Origin: an uncultured Enterobacteriaceae bacterium
GTDB taxonomy: Bacteria > Desulfobacterota > Binatia > Bin18
Assembly: GCA_964441775.1 (NCBI GenBank)
Contig: CAYTVL010000005.1
Span: 63,348 to 127,347, forward strand
Length of the DNA: 64,000 bases
Direction of reading: 5' to 3'
Shown here: positions 29,913 through 39,500 of the stretch, piece after piece
Layout: every line of letters begins with the position of its first letter
How positions within the stretch are numbered: the stretch's first letter is position 1
Made by a program: the position numbers and the translations under genes
The notes under the pieces: generated by a model
Told to the model about the DNA's origin: nothing
The model's input: the letters and a program-made list of their open reading frames with translations, nothing else
Database searches by the model: none

Positions 29913-31655
29913 ATGCCACAGTTTGACACTATTATTCGCGGCGGCACCGTCGTCGATGGTACGCGCGTGCCCCGCTACAAAGCCGACCTGGGGATTAAGA
30001 ATGGTAAGATCGCCGCGATTGGCCGGCTCAATCCCAGTGATGCCAGTAAGGTTATTGACGCCAACGGACTGATTGTCGCCCCTGGGTTCATCGACCTCCA
30101 TACCCACTACGACGCCCAACTCCACTGGGACCCATACTGCTCGATCGGTAGTTGGCATGGCGTCACCTCAGTGACGATCGGCAACTGTGGCTTTGGCTTT
30201 GCCCCCTTGCGCCCACAGGACGCCGACCGGGCCATGCTCGCCCTCTCCCGTACGGAAGCGATCCCGCTGGAACCCATGCGGGTGTCGATGAAAGTTGATT
30301 GGGAAACCTTCCCCCAATACATGGACCGGCTGTCGCACATGCCGCTAGGCATCAACGTCTCGCATCTCTTCCCCATCGCGCCGGCGGTGGCGTATGTGAT
30401 GGGCGGCTTTGATGACGCCAAGAAGCGCTTCCCCAACGACAAAGAGATGGCCACCATTATCCGCCATTATAAAGAAGCCGTGGTGGCGGGCGCGGCGGGC
30501 TGGTCAGCGCAACGCTTGGTGCCTGAGAGTCGTGTCTCCGTGCAGCGTGACTACGACGGCACGCCGATGATCACCGATATTTTGCCTGACGAATTTTATC
30601 TCAGCATGGCGAAAGCGATGGCGGAGACCGGCGATGGGTGTATTCAGTTCACCCAATCGGGCGCGAGCGAAAGCACATTTGGTATTGAAGATGACTTCCG
30701 TTTCCTGGAGAAGATGGCGGAGACCAGCGGGCGGCCGTTGTTGTACAACGCCATCCTGATCAGCGATCGTCATCCCGAATCGCATAAGCAGCAATTGAAT
30801 TGGGTCGAAGCCGCCAATGCGCGTGGCGTGCGGGTGTTCGGGCAAGCCGTCACCGCTCGGGCCCCGGTGCGCATGACGCTGGAAGACTGGAACCTGTTCG
30901 ATAGCATTCCGGCGTGGAAAGACGCCACGTTGGGCACGATCGAAGAACGCAAAGCCAAAATGTCACGACCGGAATTACGGGCGGCTATGCGCGCCGACTA
31001 CGATGGCGGCGGCATGGAAACGCTGAACATTGTCTTCGGCGAATTTGATAAGTTCATTGCCCGCAAAGTGCGCAATCCGGAACTGAAGCTGCAATACGAA
31101 GGCATGTCCGTGCAGCAGATCGCCGACAAGGAAGGCAAGCATGTCATTGACGCCATGCTGGACCTCTCCGTAGCCGACGACCTGCGCACCGAATGGGCCG
31201 GGCCAGTGGAAAACGCCAATATTGCTGGGTACAAAGACTTGATGAATTCACCGTACATTATGCCAGGCGTCTCCGATGGCGGGGCGCATGTGAAGTTCAT
31301 CACCCCGGCGATCTATCCCACCGAGGTGCTGTCTTGGCTGGTGCGCGAGTCCGGCACGCTGAGCCTGGAAGAAGCGCATTTCCGCCTCAGCGGCTTGATG
31401 GCGTGGGCGGCGGGCTTCAAAGATCGCGGGACGCTGCGGGAAGGACAAGCGGCGGATATCGTGATTTACGATATCAACACTGTGCAGGCCCTGCCGAGCG
31501 AGATCGCCTATGATCTGCCAGCTAATGAGTGGCGGCGGGTGCAGAAGGCCGAAGGGTACAAACACATTCTAGTCAACGGCGTCGAGACGTTCCAGGATGG
31601 CAAGTGCACGGGCGCAACCCCCGGCGCACTGCTACGCAACGGCGCGGCCCAGTAG
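29913..31655 (+). CDS. Amidohydrolase (N-acyl-D-amino-acid deacylase family)
   Basis: IIRGGTVVDG, PGFIDLHTHYD, GNCGFG, SDGGAH, ADIVIYD. Confidence 0.92.
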   Translation: MPQFDTIIRGGTVVDGTRVPRYKADLGIKNGKIAAIGRLNPSDASKVIDANGLIVAPGFIDLHTHYDAQLHWDPYCSIGSWHGVTSVTIGNCGFGFAPLRPQDADRAMLALSRTEAIPLEPMRVSMKVDWETFPQYMDRLSHMPLGINVSHLFPIAPAVAYVMGGFDDAKKRFPNDKEMATIIRHYKEAVVAGAAGWSAQRLVPESRVSVQRDYDGTPMITDILPDEFYLSMAKAMAETGDGCIQFTQSGASESTFGIEDDFRFLEKMAETSGRPLLYNAILISDRHPESHKQQLNWVEAANARGVRVFGQAVTARAPVRMTLEDWNLFDSIPAWKDATLGTIEERKAKMSRPELRAAMRADYDGGGMETLNIVFGEFDKFIARKVRNPELKLQYEGMSVQQIADKEGKHVIDAMLDLSVADDLRTEWAGPVENANIAGYKDLMNSPYIMPGVSDGGAHVKFITPAIYPTEVLSWLVRESGTLSLEEAHFRLSGLMAWAAGFKDRGTLREGQAADIVIYDINTVQALPSEIAYDLPANEWRRVQKAEGYKHILVNGVETFQDGKCTGATPGALLRNGAAQ

Positions 31656-31755
31656 GAAACCAACGTGGAAGGGAGGGGTCATTCCTCTCCCTCTTCCCCA
31701 ACTTTTTGTACTCCATGCTTAAGGAAAGCATTCTAAGAAAAGGAGAACTGACACT

Positions 31756-33582
31756 ATGAGTGCAGCCGTAACACCATCCGTCCCGACAGGAATTCCCACG
31801 TCCGCTGAGCTGGGCTTCGATCCCACCGATCTGCGCAAGAAGTATACTGAGGAGCGCACCAAACGTCTCCGCGTGGACGCCAACAACCAATACCAGGAAA
31901 TTTCCGGGAAATATGCCCACTATAACGAGGATCCCTATGTGGAGCCGGGCTTTACGCGCCCTGCCCTACAGGAAGAGCTTGACGCAGTGATCATCGGCGG
32001 CGGCTTTGGCGGCCTCTTGGCGGCGGCGCGGCTGCAAAAGGTTGGGATCACCAACATTCGCATCATCGAAAAGGCTGGCGATTTCGGCGGCACTTGGTAC
32101 TGGAACCGCTATCCCGGCGCGCAGTGCGACATCGAGTCGTATGTCTATCTGCCGCTGCTTGAAGAGACCGGATACATGCCCAAGGAAAAGTATTCCTTCG
32201 CACCGGAGATTTTTGCCCACGCGCAACGGATTGGGAAGCATTTCAATCTCTATGAAAAGACCTGCTTCCAGACGCAGATCAGAGAAGCCCGCTGGCACGA
32301 GGACACGGGACGCTGGACGATCACCACGGACCGCGACGATGTCTTCAAGGCGCGCTTTGTGATCATGTCGAGTGGACCGCTGAACCGGCCCAAACTGCCC
32401 GCGATCCCTGGCATCGACAAGTTCAAAGGCCATACCTTCCACACCAGTCGCTGGGATTACCACTACACTGGTGGTGACACCACCGGCGGCATGACCAAAC
32501 TAGGCGACAAGCGCGTCGCAATCATCGGCACTGGGGCGACCGCGATTCAATCCGTCCCTCGTGTCGCCAAATATGCCAAGCAGCTCTACGTGTTTCAACG
32601 GACGCCGTCTTCGGTGGATGAACGCGGCAACATGCCCACCGATCCGGAATGGGTGAAGACCCTCAAGCCGGGCTGGCAGGATTACCGGAACCATAACTTT
32701 AACTCCATCTTGTCCGGCATTCCTGTCGAGGAAGATCTGGTCAACGATAAGTGGACGAGTCTGTTTAAGCTGCTCGCCAATCTGTTGTCAGGCAAAGAAC
32801 ACTCAGATCTGTCCAACGAAGCGATGGCGGCCCTGTCGGAAATCGCTGATTTCCAGAAGATGAATGAGATTCGCGCGCGCGCGGCCTCGATTGTGAAAGA
32901 CTCACAAACGGCGGAAGCGCTCAAACCGTGGTACGCTCAATGGTGCAAACGCCCGACCTTTAACGATGAGTATCTCCCCTGCTTCAACCAGTCCAACGTC
33001 AAGTTGGTGGACACGAAGGGCAAAGGCGTTGATCGCGTGACGGAGACCGCAGTGGTCGTGGACGGTGTGGAGTACGAAGTCGACTGCATCATCTACGCCA
33101 CCGGCTTCGAGGTCGGGACAGCGTATACACGGCGCTCGGAGTGTGAAGTGTACGGGCGCAATGGCATGACGCTCTCTGAAGCCTGGGCCAAGGGCATGCG
33201 GACCTATCATGGGTTCCTAAGCTGTGACTTCCCGAACCTCTTCCACATGGGGCTCACCCAGACTGGTCTCGCGCCGAACTTCACTTATATGCTCAACGGG
33301 CAGGCGAACCACATCGCCTATATCGTGACCCAAGTGCAGGAACGTGGAGCGAAGGGAGCGGAGCCCACCCCAGAAGTTGAGGACGCGTGGGTGAAGTTAG
33401 TGACCGGGCCGACCTTTATGTCCGCGTACCAGGATGTCTGCACGCCGGGGTACTACAATGGCGAAGGCAAAAATGAAGGCCAGGGGTTCCTCGCGCAGTA
33501 CCCTGACGGCGCGGTGAAGTTCTACGACATGCTCGCCAAATGGCGCGAAGAGGGCAAGCTCGAAGGGCTCATTGTAAAGTAA
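31756..33582 (+). CDS. Baeyer-Villiger-type flavin monooxygenase
   Basis: [40 protein letters not shown]. Confidence 0.93.
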   Translation: MSAAVTPSVPTGIPTSAELGFDPTDLRKKYTEERTKRLRVDANNQYQEISGKYAHYNEDPYVEPGFTRPALQEELDAVIIGGGFGGLLAAARLQKVGITNIRIIEKAGDFGGTWYWNRYPGAQCDIESYVYLPLLEETGYMPKEKYSFAPEIFAHAQRIGKHFNLYEKTCFQTQIREARWHEDTGRWTITTDRDDVFKARFVIMSSGPLNRPKLPAIPGIDKFKGHTFHTSRWDYHYTGGDTTGGMTKLGDKRVAIIGTGATAIQSVPRVAKYAKQLYVFQRTPSSVDERGNMPTDPEWVKTLKPGWQDYRNHNFNSILSGIPVEEDLVNDKWTSLFKLLANLLSGKEHSDLSNEAMAALSEIADFQKMNEIRARAASIVKDSQTAEALKPWYAQWCKRPTFNDEYLPCFNQSNVKLVDTKGKGVDRVTETAVVVDGVEYEVDCIIYATGFEVGTAYTRRSECEVYGRNGMTLSEAWAKGMRTYHGFLSCDFPNLFHMGLTQTGLAPNFTYMLNGQANHIAYIVTQVQERGAKGAEPTPEVEDAWVKLVTGPTFMSAYQDVCTPGYYNGEGKNEGQGFLAQYPDGAVKFYDMLAKWREEGKLEGLIVK

Positions 33583-33799
33583 GTCTTAAAACCAAAGCAA
33601 CACCAGACCAGGAGTGACGCTATGCCTGCACCCTGGTCTGAAGCCTCCGCTCCGGAAGCCAGGAGGAATTCCGCGCCTGTGCTCTTCATCTTCACAAGAA
33701 ACCTCAGGGGTGTATTCACTAATTGTGAAATCGACCGGCGTCGCGCATGCTCCCGCTCTTCGTGGGGCGTAGCACATCTGCGGTGAGAGAGGGCGAGCG

Positions 33800-34492
33800 T
33801 TAATCTCCCGTGGGAGAGAGATGAAACTCCCGCACCTGGTCGAGCTTGCGCAATACCTCCGCTAGCCTGGCGGTATTGATTGGGTCCGTCGTGCGCAGGA
33901 CCATGCGATACTCAAAAAACTGGCCGCCGTCGCCAACCCGGTAGGCCATATCGGCAATGGAAAAGCCGTGCTGAGTGAGCAGGCTGCGCAATTCGGCCTC
34001 CGGCATGGCGGTGTCTCGATGAAACTGAATGTGATGACGCGCATATACTTGTGCCGGCATTCGGGCTTCAAACCAGCGGAACACGGAGAGAATACCCAAG
34101 GCCAACGCCGTGGCCATCAGAGCAGGAAGATAGAAGCCAATCCCAAAGAGAATACCGATCGCGGCGGTCAGCCAAATAGAGGCCGCCGTCGTGAGACCTC
34201 GGACCGTTGCCCCTTCTTTATAGATGACGCCCGCGCCAAGAAAGCCGATGCCGGTCATGATGCCCTGCGCCATGCGCGTAGGGTCGGTTCGTATGGTGTT
34301 AGGTGGGAGGCCAGGTAACCAGAGCGACTGATACAAAGGGACAAGCATGAGAAGACTGGAGGTGACGCACACGAGCGTGTGGGTGCGGAAGCCAGCGGGC
34401 CGACCATGAAAGTTTCTCTCGAACCCAATGAGTCCGCCGGCGACCAGTGCGCCAAGTAGATGAAGGATGATCGCGGGATACGCATGCTCCAT
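33800..34492 (-). CDS. MgtC/SapB family membrane protein
   Basis: IGFERNFHGRPAGFRTH, RMAQGIMTGIGFLGAG, GLTTAASIW, C-terminal ACT-like domain. Confidence 0.93.
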   Translation of the reverse strand: MEHAYPAIILHLLGALVAGGLIGFERNFHGRPAGFRTHTLVCVTSSLLMLVPLYQSLWLPGLPPNTIRTDPTRMAQGIMTGIGFLGAGVIYKEGATVRGLTTAASIWLTAAIGILFGIGFYLPALMATALALGILSVFRWFEARMPAQVYARHHIQFHRDTAMPEAELRSLLTQHGFSIADMAYRVGDGGQFFEYRMVLRTTDPINTARLAEVLRKLDQVREFHLSPTGD

Positions 34493-34669
34493 TGGAGCTC
34501 CTTGTGTCAGCGCAGTGACACCGTCGTGCTCCCGGCTAGCTCCCCCTTTGGCTCGGTTTGGAGGCGTTTCTTCCGCCACGCGAACAGCCGGGAAGCGTGT
34601 CTATTAGTAATCCCTGGGGACGAATCCGCCAACGCCTCAACCTTGCCAAGCTTAGCGGAAACATTACTC

Positions 34670-34720
34670 CTAGGTCGAGGGAGTGCTCGGTCTAGGAGGA
34701 GTAGCCACGCTTAAGGCCAT
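34670..34720 (-). other. Candidate Pro-rich leader peptide ORF (MALSVATPPRPSTPST) upstream of mgtC
   Basis: AGGAGG lies 9 nt before the ATG. 4 Pro in 16 codons. A hairpin at 34667-34698 overlaps the ORF's 3' half. Confidence 0.35.
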
Positions 34721-35000
34721 CCACGCTCACCTCCTAATCGGTGACGGTCCATCCCTTTCCAAACCCCGGTGCAGGTCGGCTGCCTTCTCCGGAGTCATAG
34801 CAATTATGTCTCTGGCCTTCGTCGTAGAATGCTCAGTAACTGAAGCTGCTTAGCGGGTTCATCGCGGCGCCGCCGGTTCAGCGCTGTCATAGGAATTATG
34901 ACAACGCCGTCTCGTGCGGCCTTCACCGCTCTTGAGAGAAAGATACTAACAACTTGTTTTGTCAGACATTCTCTCTTCACAAGAGCGTCGCGGCAGACGC

Positions 35001-35014
35001 GGCACGCTTCTTGA
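35001..35014 (+). promoter_or_regulatory. Possible sigma54 (-24/-12) promoter of the cluster
   Basis: GGCACG-CTTC-TTGA has the consensus spacing, with A in place of the -12 C. Confidence 0.35.
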
Positions 35015-35038
35015 TCTCTGTAGTTTCCAAGGCAGAAC

Positions 35039-35590
35039 GTGACTATCAGGAATCGTGAGTTGATGTACCTCCGTCCACAATCTCAGTCACCAAAGATTTA
35101 TTGGGGACAGCTTCCCAAAGGATATGCCGGAACCAGAAAAACTATTGGCTACATCGTCAACTTAGTGAAAGAAGGCGCCAAGGATTTCGGCGTGCGGCAG
35201 ACGGCCATCGATATTCTGTTTCAACTCGGGGTCCGGCCCAAGGATTACCTCGGAGAGATTAGAGCCCTGTTTGAATGGGTGAAAAACAACGTGCGGTATA
35301 CCCGCGATATTCATCGGGTGGAATTGCTGCACACCGCACGGCGGATGCTGGAACTGCGCGCAGGGGACTGTGATGACATGACTATTCTGCTCGGGGCCAT
35401 GCTCAAAGCGATCGGCCACCCAGTGCGGTTGGCGTTGGTCGGGTTCAACCCACGTAAGAAAGCACTGTTCACGCATATCTATCTTGAAGCGTTTTGCAAG
35501 GGAGCGTGGATTCCGCTGGATGCGACAATGAGCAAGCCAATGGGCTGGGCTCCACGCGCTGACCATAAACAGTATTTCCCGGTCGATTAG
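35039..35590 (+). CDS. Transglutaminase-like (papain-fold) Cys-His-Asp enzyme
   Basis: VRYTRD...GDCDDMTILL...FTHIYLEA...WIPLDAT. Confidence 0.85.
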   Translation: MTIRNRELMYLRPQSQSPKIYWGQLPKGYAGTRKTIGYIVNLVKEGAKDFGVRQTAIDILFQLGVRPKDYLGEIRALFEWVKNNVRYTRDIHRVELLHTARRMLELRAGDCDDMTILLGAMLKAIGHPVRLALVGFNPRKKALFTHIYLEAFCKGAWIPLDATMSKPMGWAPRADHKQYFPVD

Positions 35591-35600
35591 GAGGATCACT

Positions 35601-36197
35601 ATGCGTTATGGACCACAGGATGCAACAGACATGATGGGCATCGGGAGTTACGTCGGCGAGGTGCGACGCGGACCCGACGGGCAAGCTTACCAGTGGGTGG
35701 AAGGGGTTGATGGTCTGGGGAACCCTATAGGCTTTTGGAAAGGATTACGAAGCCTTGTGAGCAAGGCTCTCCCCTTAGCCAAAATGATCCCTGGAATCGG
35801 CCCAATCCTCGGCGCCGTGAAACCGTTCTGCCAGTCCCTGCCCCAATTGCAACCAGTGATGGACCAGGCTCCAGGCATTCAGCCCGTCTACCAGTTGGGA
35901 ACGAAAATCTGCAAGGTGCTGGGTAAAGTCGGAATTGCTGGTGCGGAAGGCGAGATCATGGAGGCTCCCGACGGGCAGCTCTACGAAGTTGTCGAAGGCA
36001 TCGGGGAGCCAGGCCAGGCGCGACCATTTCGTCGTCGCGTATGGATCTCGATTCCAGCAGTGATACACCGAGGTCGCGGCCATCGGGGCATGGGTAGACC
36101 AGTGGTGACATCAGCAACACCGGGTCTGGCGCCGGCAGGACCAAGTGTAAGCCCGATGATGACCACGCCAGCCGGTGTGGTCCGCCGCTTCCGCTAG
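35601..36197 (+). CDS. Hypothetical protein with an amphipathic helix and GLG/GIG motifs
   Basis: AGGAGG RBS and tight operon spacing. Internal repeat GPDGQAYQWVEGVDGLG / APDGQLYEVVEGIG. Helix FWKGLRSLVSKAL. Confidence 0.75.
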   Translation: MRYGPQDATDMMGIGSYVGEVRRGPDGQAYQWVEGVDGLGNPIGFWKGLRSLVSKALPLAKMIPGIGPILGAVKPFCQSLPQLQPVMDQAPGIQPVYQLGTKICKVLGKVGIAGAEGEIMEAPDGQLYEVVEGIGEPGQARPFRRRVWISIPAVIHRGRGHRGMGRPVVTSATPGLAPAGPSVSPMMTTPAGVVRRFR

Positions 36198-36206
36198 GAG
36201 CCAAAT

Positions 36207-36500
36207 ATGGCGTGCGCGTGTTCGCAACAACAACACTTCGGTCTAGCGTGCGCGTGTGGCTCGCCCTGCAGATGTGAGAGGACACAGGTGCACATTACCC
36301 ACGTCCAGTCTCTACCGCTGGCGCCGTTGGGCGAGTTACGCGGCGTGATCTACCGCAAACCTGGTCGCCCCGGTGAACCGCCGAAAAATTATGTGCACTT
36401 CTTCGAACGAGCGCCACTGCTAGCAGCCGATTCGATGGGTCGGAGGCTCTTCATTCTTGGCGGCCGCTACCGAGTTACCAAGCGCGGGATTGAAGGATAA
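36207..36500 (+). CDS. Small hypothetical protein (Cys-rich N-terminus; YVHFF...LFILGGRYRVTKRGIEG)
   Basis: AGGAG RBS, tight operon spacing. Confidence 0.75.
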   Translation: MACACSQQQHFGLACACGSPCRCERTQVHITHVQSLPLAPLGELRGVIYRKPGRPGEPPKNYVHFFERAPLLAADSMGRRLFILGGRYRVTKRGIEG

Positions 36501-36511
36501 GGAGACGCCAC

Positions 36512-37201
36512 ATGGCAGGCCATTTCGATGAAATCATGATTGTCAACCCGATTGGCGATAGAGGAGGAAAATATATGCGGTTCTATCGAATCCATTCCCC
36601 ACGCGCTGTCTACTTTGCAGAAGCGCCCGAGCAAATGGGTTATGTGTATGAAGCCCCGGAGATGATGGGCTATTACGGCGAAACGCCCGAGACGGTGGGG
36701 TATGTCTACGAAGCCCCAGAGTCGCTGGGCTACTGCGCCCCACACGGGGTTGGGTATATCGCTGACCCACCGCCTGGCTTCGTTGAAGGCTACGGCTACT
36801 ATGACGAAGCGCCTGAAGTCGGGTACGTCTACGAGGCCCCAGAAACCGTTGGGTACTATGCCGAAGCGCCCGAGTTCGCTGAGGCCCCACAAGACATGGG
36901 CTACTACGCTGAGGCGCCTGAGTTTGCCGAAGCTCCGCAGGACATGGGCTACTATGCTGAGACGCCGGACACGATGGGCTACGGCGAGGCCACGTCAGAC
37001 ATGGGCTATTTCGCCGACTCGGGTCCAGTCGAAGGCTACGTACGTGAGCACGACGACAACCCGCGTGTCGTGCCATTCGAAAACGTCGGTGAAGTAGAAG
37101 GCTATTATCGTCCACGCTCGATCAATCCATCCGTGGATTCGTTTCGTCCAGCAGACGACTCACCCAGACCCGGCAGTAGCTGGTTCAAATCACCCTGGTA
37201 A
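36512..37201 (+). CDS. Acidic Gly-Tyr repeat protein
   Basis: About 14 [MVL]GY/EGY units, including a 16-aa repeat GYYAEAPEFAEAPQDM at 36851, 36899 and 36947 (partial). AAGGAG RBS. Confidence 0.8.
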   Translation: MAGHFDEIMIVNPIGDRGGKYMRFYRIHSPRAVYFAEAPEQMGYVYEAPEMMGYYGETPETVGYVYEAPESLGYCAPHGVGYIADPPPGFVEGYGYYDEAPEVGYVYEAPETVGYYAEAPEFAEAPQDMGYYAEAPEFAEAPQDMGYYAETPDTMGYGEATSDMGYFADSGPVEGYVREHDDNPRVVPFENVGEVEGYYRPRSINPSVDSFRPADDSPRPGSSWFKSPW

Positions 37202-37218
37202 GGAGCAAGGAGGAAATC

Positions 37219-38106
37219 ATGGCCGCCGTCAAAGGTATGAAAGAGTTCGTCCATCTGCCGCAGTATGATTCCATCTCCATCAAACCAAAAGAACAACTCG
37301 GCAAGATTCTCAGCTCGAACGTCCTACGGTTCTTCGTCGACGTGACGGGGAAAACCAAACTGCAAACCAACATGCAAGCCTCGTCGTTGCTGCCGCACTG
37401 GAATACCTACGAAGCGCGAGCGATGCGCATAGTGATCTCGGATCTGTCGCCGCAATTCGCTGACAACACGATCCGGCTCAAAGTGGGTGTCGTCGATAAA
37501 AACGGAGTCCCGGTCCTCACAGGTAGTGAGCAAAAGACTGTGGAGCTGGAGAAATTTAAACTGACAAATTTTGTGGACTTCAAACGTGAGGTTGATCCAC
37601 CTTTGGGTAAGACCGTGAGGCTCTCCCAGGACCAGTTAAGTAATCTTGATCTCACTGACAATCAGGAGCTGCTGGGCGCCTGCGAATTTGCCGAGATCAG
37701 TCGTACGACACTGGCGCGCGCTGCCGAACAGTTCGGTAGGAGTGTGATTCCCCCGAATGAGCAACTTCTCGCCAATGGCGATTTCGGTGGGGTGATCGGC
37801 AAATTGATCTATAACACCGTCACTACCTTCTTCGTCGGGGAAAAGAATATGATGCAGGCGCCGACCTGGTTCTTCCCCGCTGGCGCTGGGCCGTTTTCTG
37901 AGGACAGCAGGGTCACAACCCACGGCTATCCGAGCCCACAAGCCACCTTCCAGTTTGCCGAGGCGGTCAAGATTGATGCGCAGCAGAATTTTCGTGTGGA
38001 GATCGAAGTGCCCGAGAGCGACGTGCTCAGCGAACTGCAACGATTGTATGGCCCGCTGTTCATCTGGGTCGTCCTCGATGGCTACATGACGCGCGACGTG
38101 CAGTAG
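37219..38106 (+). CDS. Putative jelly-roll capsid-like protein, family A, copy 1
   Basis: HLPQYDS..FF..GKTKLQTNM..LLP..C-terminal WVVLDGYMTRDVQ. Beta-strand-type periodicity. The CDS is secure; the fold is inference. Confidence 0.6.
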   Translation: MAAVKGMKEFVHLPQYDSISIKPKEQLGKILSSNVLRFFVDVTGKTKLQTNMQASSLLPHWNTYEARAMRIVISDLSPQFADNTIRLKVGVVDKNGVPVLTGSEQKTVELEKFKLTNFVDFKREVDPPLGKTVRLSQDQLSNLDLTDNQELLGACEFAEISRTTLARAAEQFGRSVIPPNEQLLANGDFGGVIGKLIYNTVTTFFVGEKNMMQAPTWFFPAGAGPFSEDSRVTTHGYPSPQATFQFAEAVKIDAQQNFRVEIEVPESDVLSELQRLYGPLFIWVVLDGYMTRDVQ

Positions 38107-38129
38107 CGTAACCAACTTGCTTCCGTGGT

Positions 38130-38153
38130 GAGGGTGGGGCGTGCCCCGCCCTC
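38130..38153 (+). promoter_or_regulatory. Intergenic GC-rich stem-loop without a U-tail
   Basis: GAGGGTGGGGC-GT-GCCCCGCCCTC immediately after 37219..38106. Confidence 0.55.
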
Positions 38154-38194
38154 CGCTTACACATCATTGCCCTGCTCGCAGCGAGGATCGTTGT

Positions 38195-39490
38195 ATGGCG
38201 GTTGTCAAAGGGATCAGAGAGAACGTCCACCTTCCTTTGTACGACTCACTCTTTGTGCGCCCGCAGCAACAACTGCGAGAAGTGAACGGCACGAGCGTCT
38301 TCAAATTCTTCGTACAAGTGCAGGGAAAAACAAAACTGGAAACCAATATGCAGGCCGCCGCACTCCTTCCGCATTGGAACACCTTTGAAGCACGAGCCCT
38401 GCGTGTGGTCATCTCAGATTTGCCGGTCCGCTTTCCGCAGGCAGTGACGCAATGCGTTCTCGAACCACATGGGGGCGGAACCAATACGCCATTCAATACC
38501 CTTACGCACTGCCTTGATGAGCTCGCGCAGGTCATCGCTGGAGAAAAGCATCAGGTTGCTGAACACTTGTTTGCCGCCACGCATCAGTGCGTGACCGAAC
38601 ACCGGGACCTAGTGGAACAAGCGAGGGAGATCACCGAAGACCTTGACGCCTGCCTCGCGGTCTTTACCGCTCTCTGCGACCGGCGCCGCATGGGACAGAT
38701 CCTGCAACTCCATAACGAACTGCGAGCGGCTGCCGGAGACCTGGTCAAGGTCCTCAGCCGCACGCACATTACGATGACGGACCCGCCAGCGGTGAATCGC
38801 TTTCTCAGCACGATTACGGTGCTGGATTGCGCAGAAAACAACGAGCGCCTCTTTGCAAAACTGGAGAAGGCCCAGGCGTGTTTGTACGCATTTCGGCAAC
38901 TGATTGAACTTTTCAAACAGATTTCTCACACCAGTCTTCCAGGAGCCCAGAGTTGTGTCGAGAGTATCGAACAGCTCATTCAGATGGAGGCGAAGCGCGT
39001 TATTTGTCTTGAGCGCGTGCGCGAGTGTTTCCAGAAAGTTCAGACGCAGCTCTCACAGTTGGCGCGGGACGCGCGACACGTCAGCAGCGAAGCCATTCGC
39101 CGCTGCTTGCGGGAGCGTTTACGTAACGAGCTGCTCATTCCTCTTGACGAGCAATTGTTTCCCGGTAGCGTCCAGATTCTCTCGAAACTTATCTATCAGT
39201 CAGTGACGAGCTTGGTGGTCGGCGAAAAGACGATGATGCAGATGCCGACCTGGTTCTTTCCATCCGGGGCTGGTCCGCATGCGGAAGGCAACCAGACGGT
39301 GACGCACGGCTTTCCAATACCGGACGCCACGTTTCATTTCGCCGAGCCGGTCCTCATCGACGCTCAACAGCACTTTCGAGTGGAGATCGAGGTTCCGGAT
39401 GCCACGGCCCTGAGTGAATTACAACGTCTCTATGGCCCGTTATTCATTTGGGTCGTGCTCGACGGTTACCTGCAAAGAGACGTGCAGTAG
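38195..39490 (+). CDS. Putative jelly-roll capsid-like protein, family A, copy 2, with a helical insert of about 235 aa
   Basis: The first 80 aa and last about 117 aa align by eye with 37219..38106 (…WVVLDGYLQRDVQ). Confidence 0.6.
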   Translation: MAVVKGIRENVHLPLYDSLFVRPQQQLREVNGTSVFKFFVQVQGKTKLETNMQAAALLPHWNTFEARALRVVISDLPVRFPQAVTQCVLEPHGGGTNTPFNTLTHCLDELAQVIAGEKHQVAEHLFAATHQCVTEHRDLVEQAREITEDLDACLAVFTALCDRRRMGQILQLHNELRAAAGDLVKVLSRTHITMTDPPAVNRFLSTITVLDCAENNERLFAKLEKAQACLYAFRQLIELFKQISHTSLPGAQSCVESIEQLIQMEAKRVICLERVRECFQKVQTQLSQLARDARHVSSEAIRRCLRERLRNELLIPLDEQLFPGSVQILSKLIYQSVTSLVVGEKTMMQMPTWFFPSGAGPHAEGNQTVTHGFPIPDATFHFAEPVLIDAQQHFRVEIEVPDATALSELQRLYGPLFIWVVLDGYLQRDVQ

Positions 39491-39500
39491 AGGAGACAGT

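Noticed and set aside
34580-34900. M-box (ykoK) Mg2+ riboswitch upstream of mgtC
   Set aside because: I could not match the conserved M-box core. An Infernal search would settle it.
36840-36990. CRISPR or VNTR at the DNA level
   Set aside because: The repeats are in frame with synonymous divergence, so this is a protein repeat.
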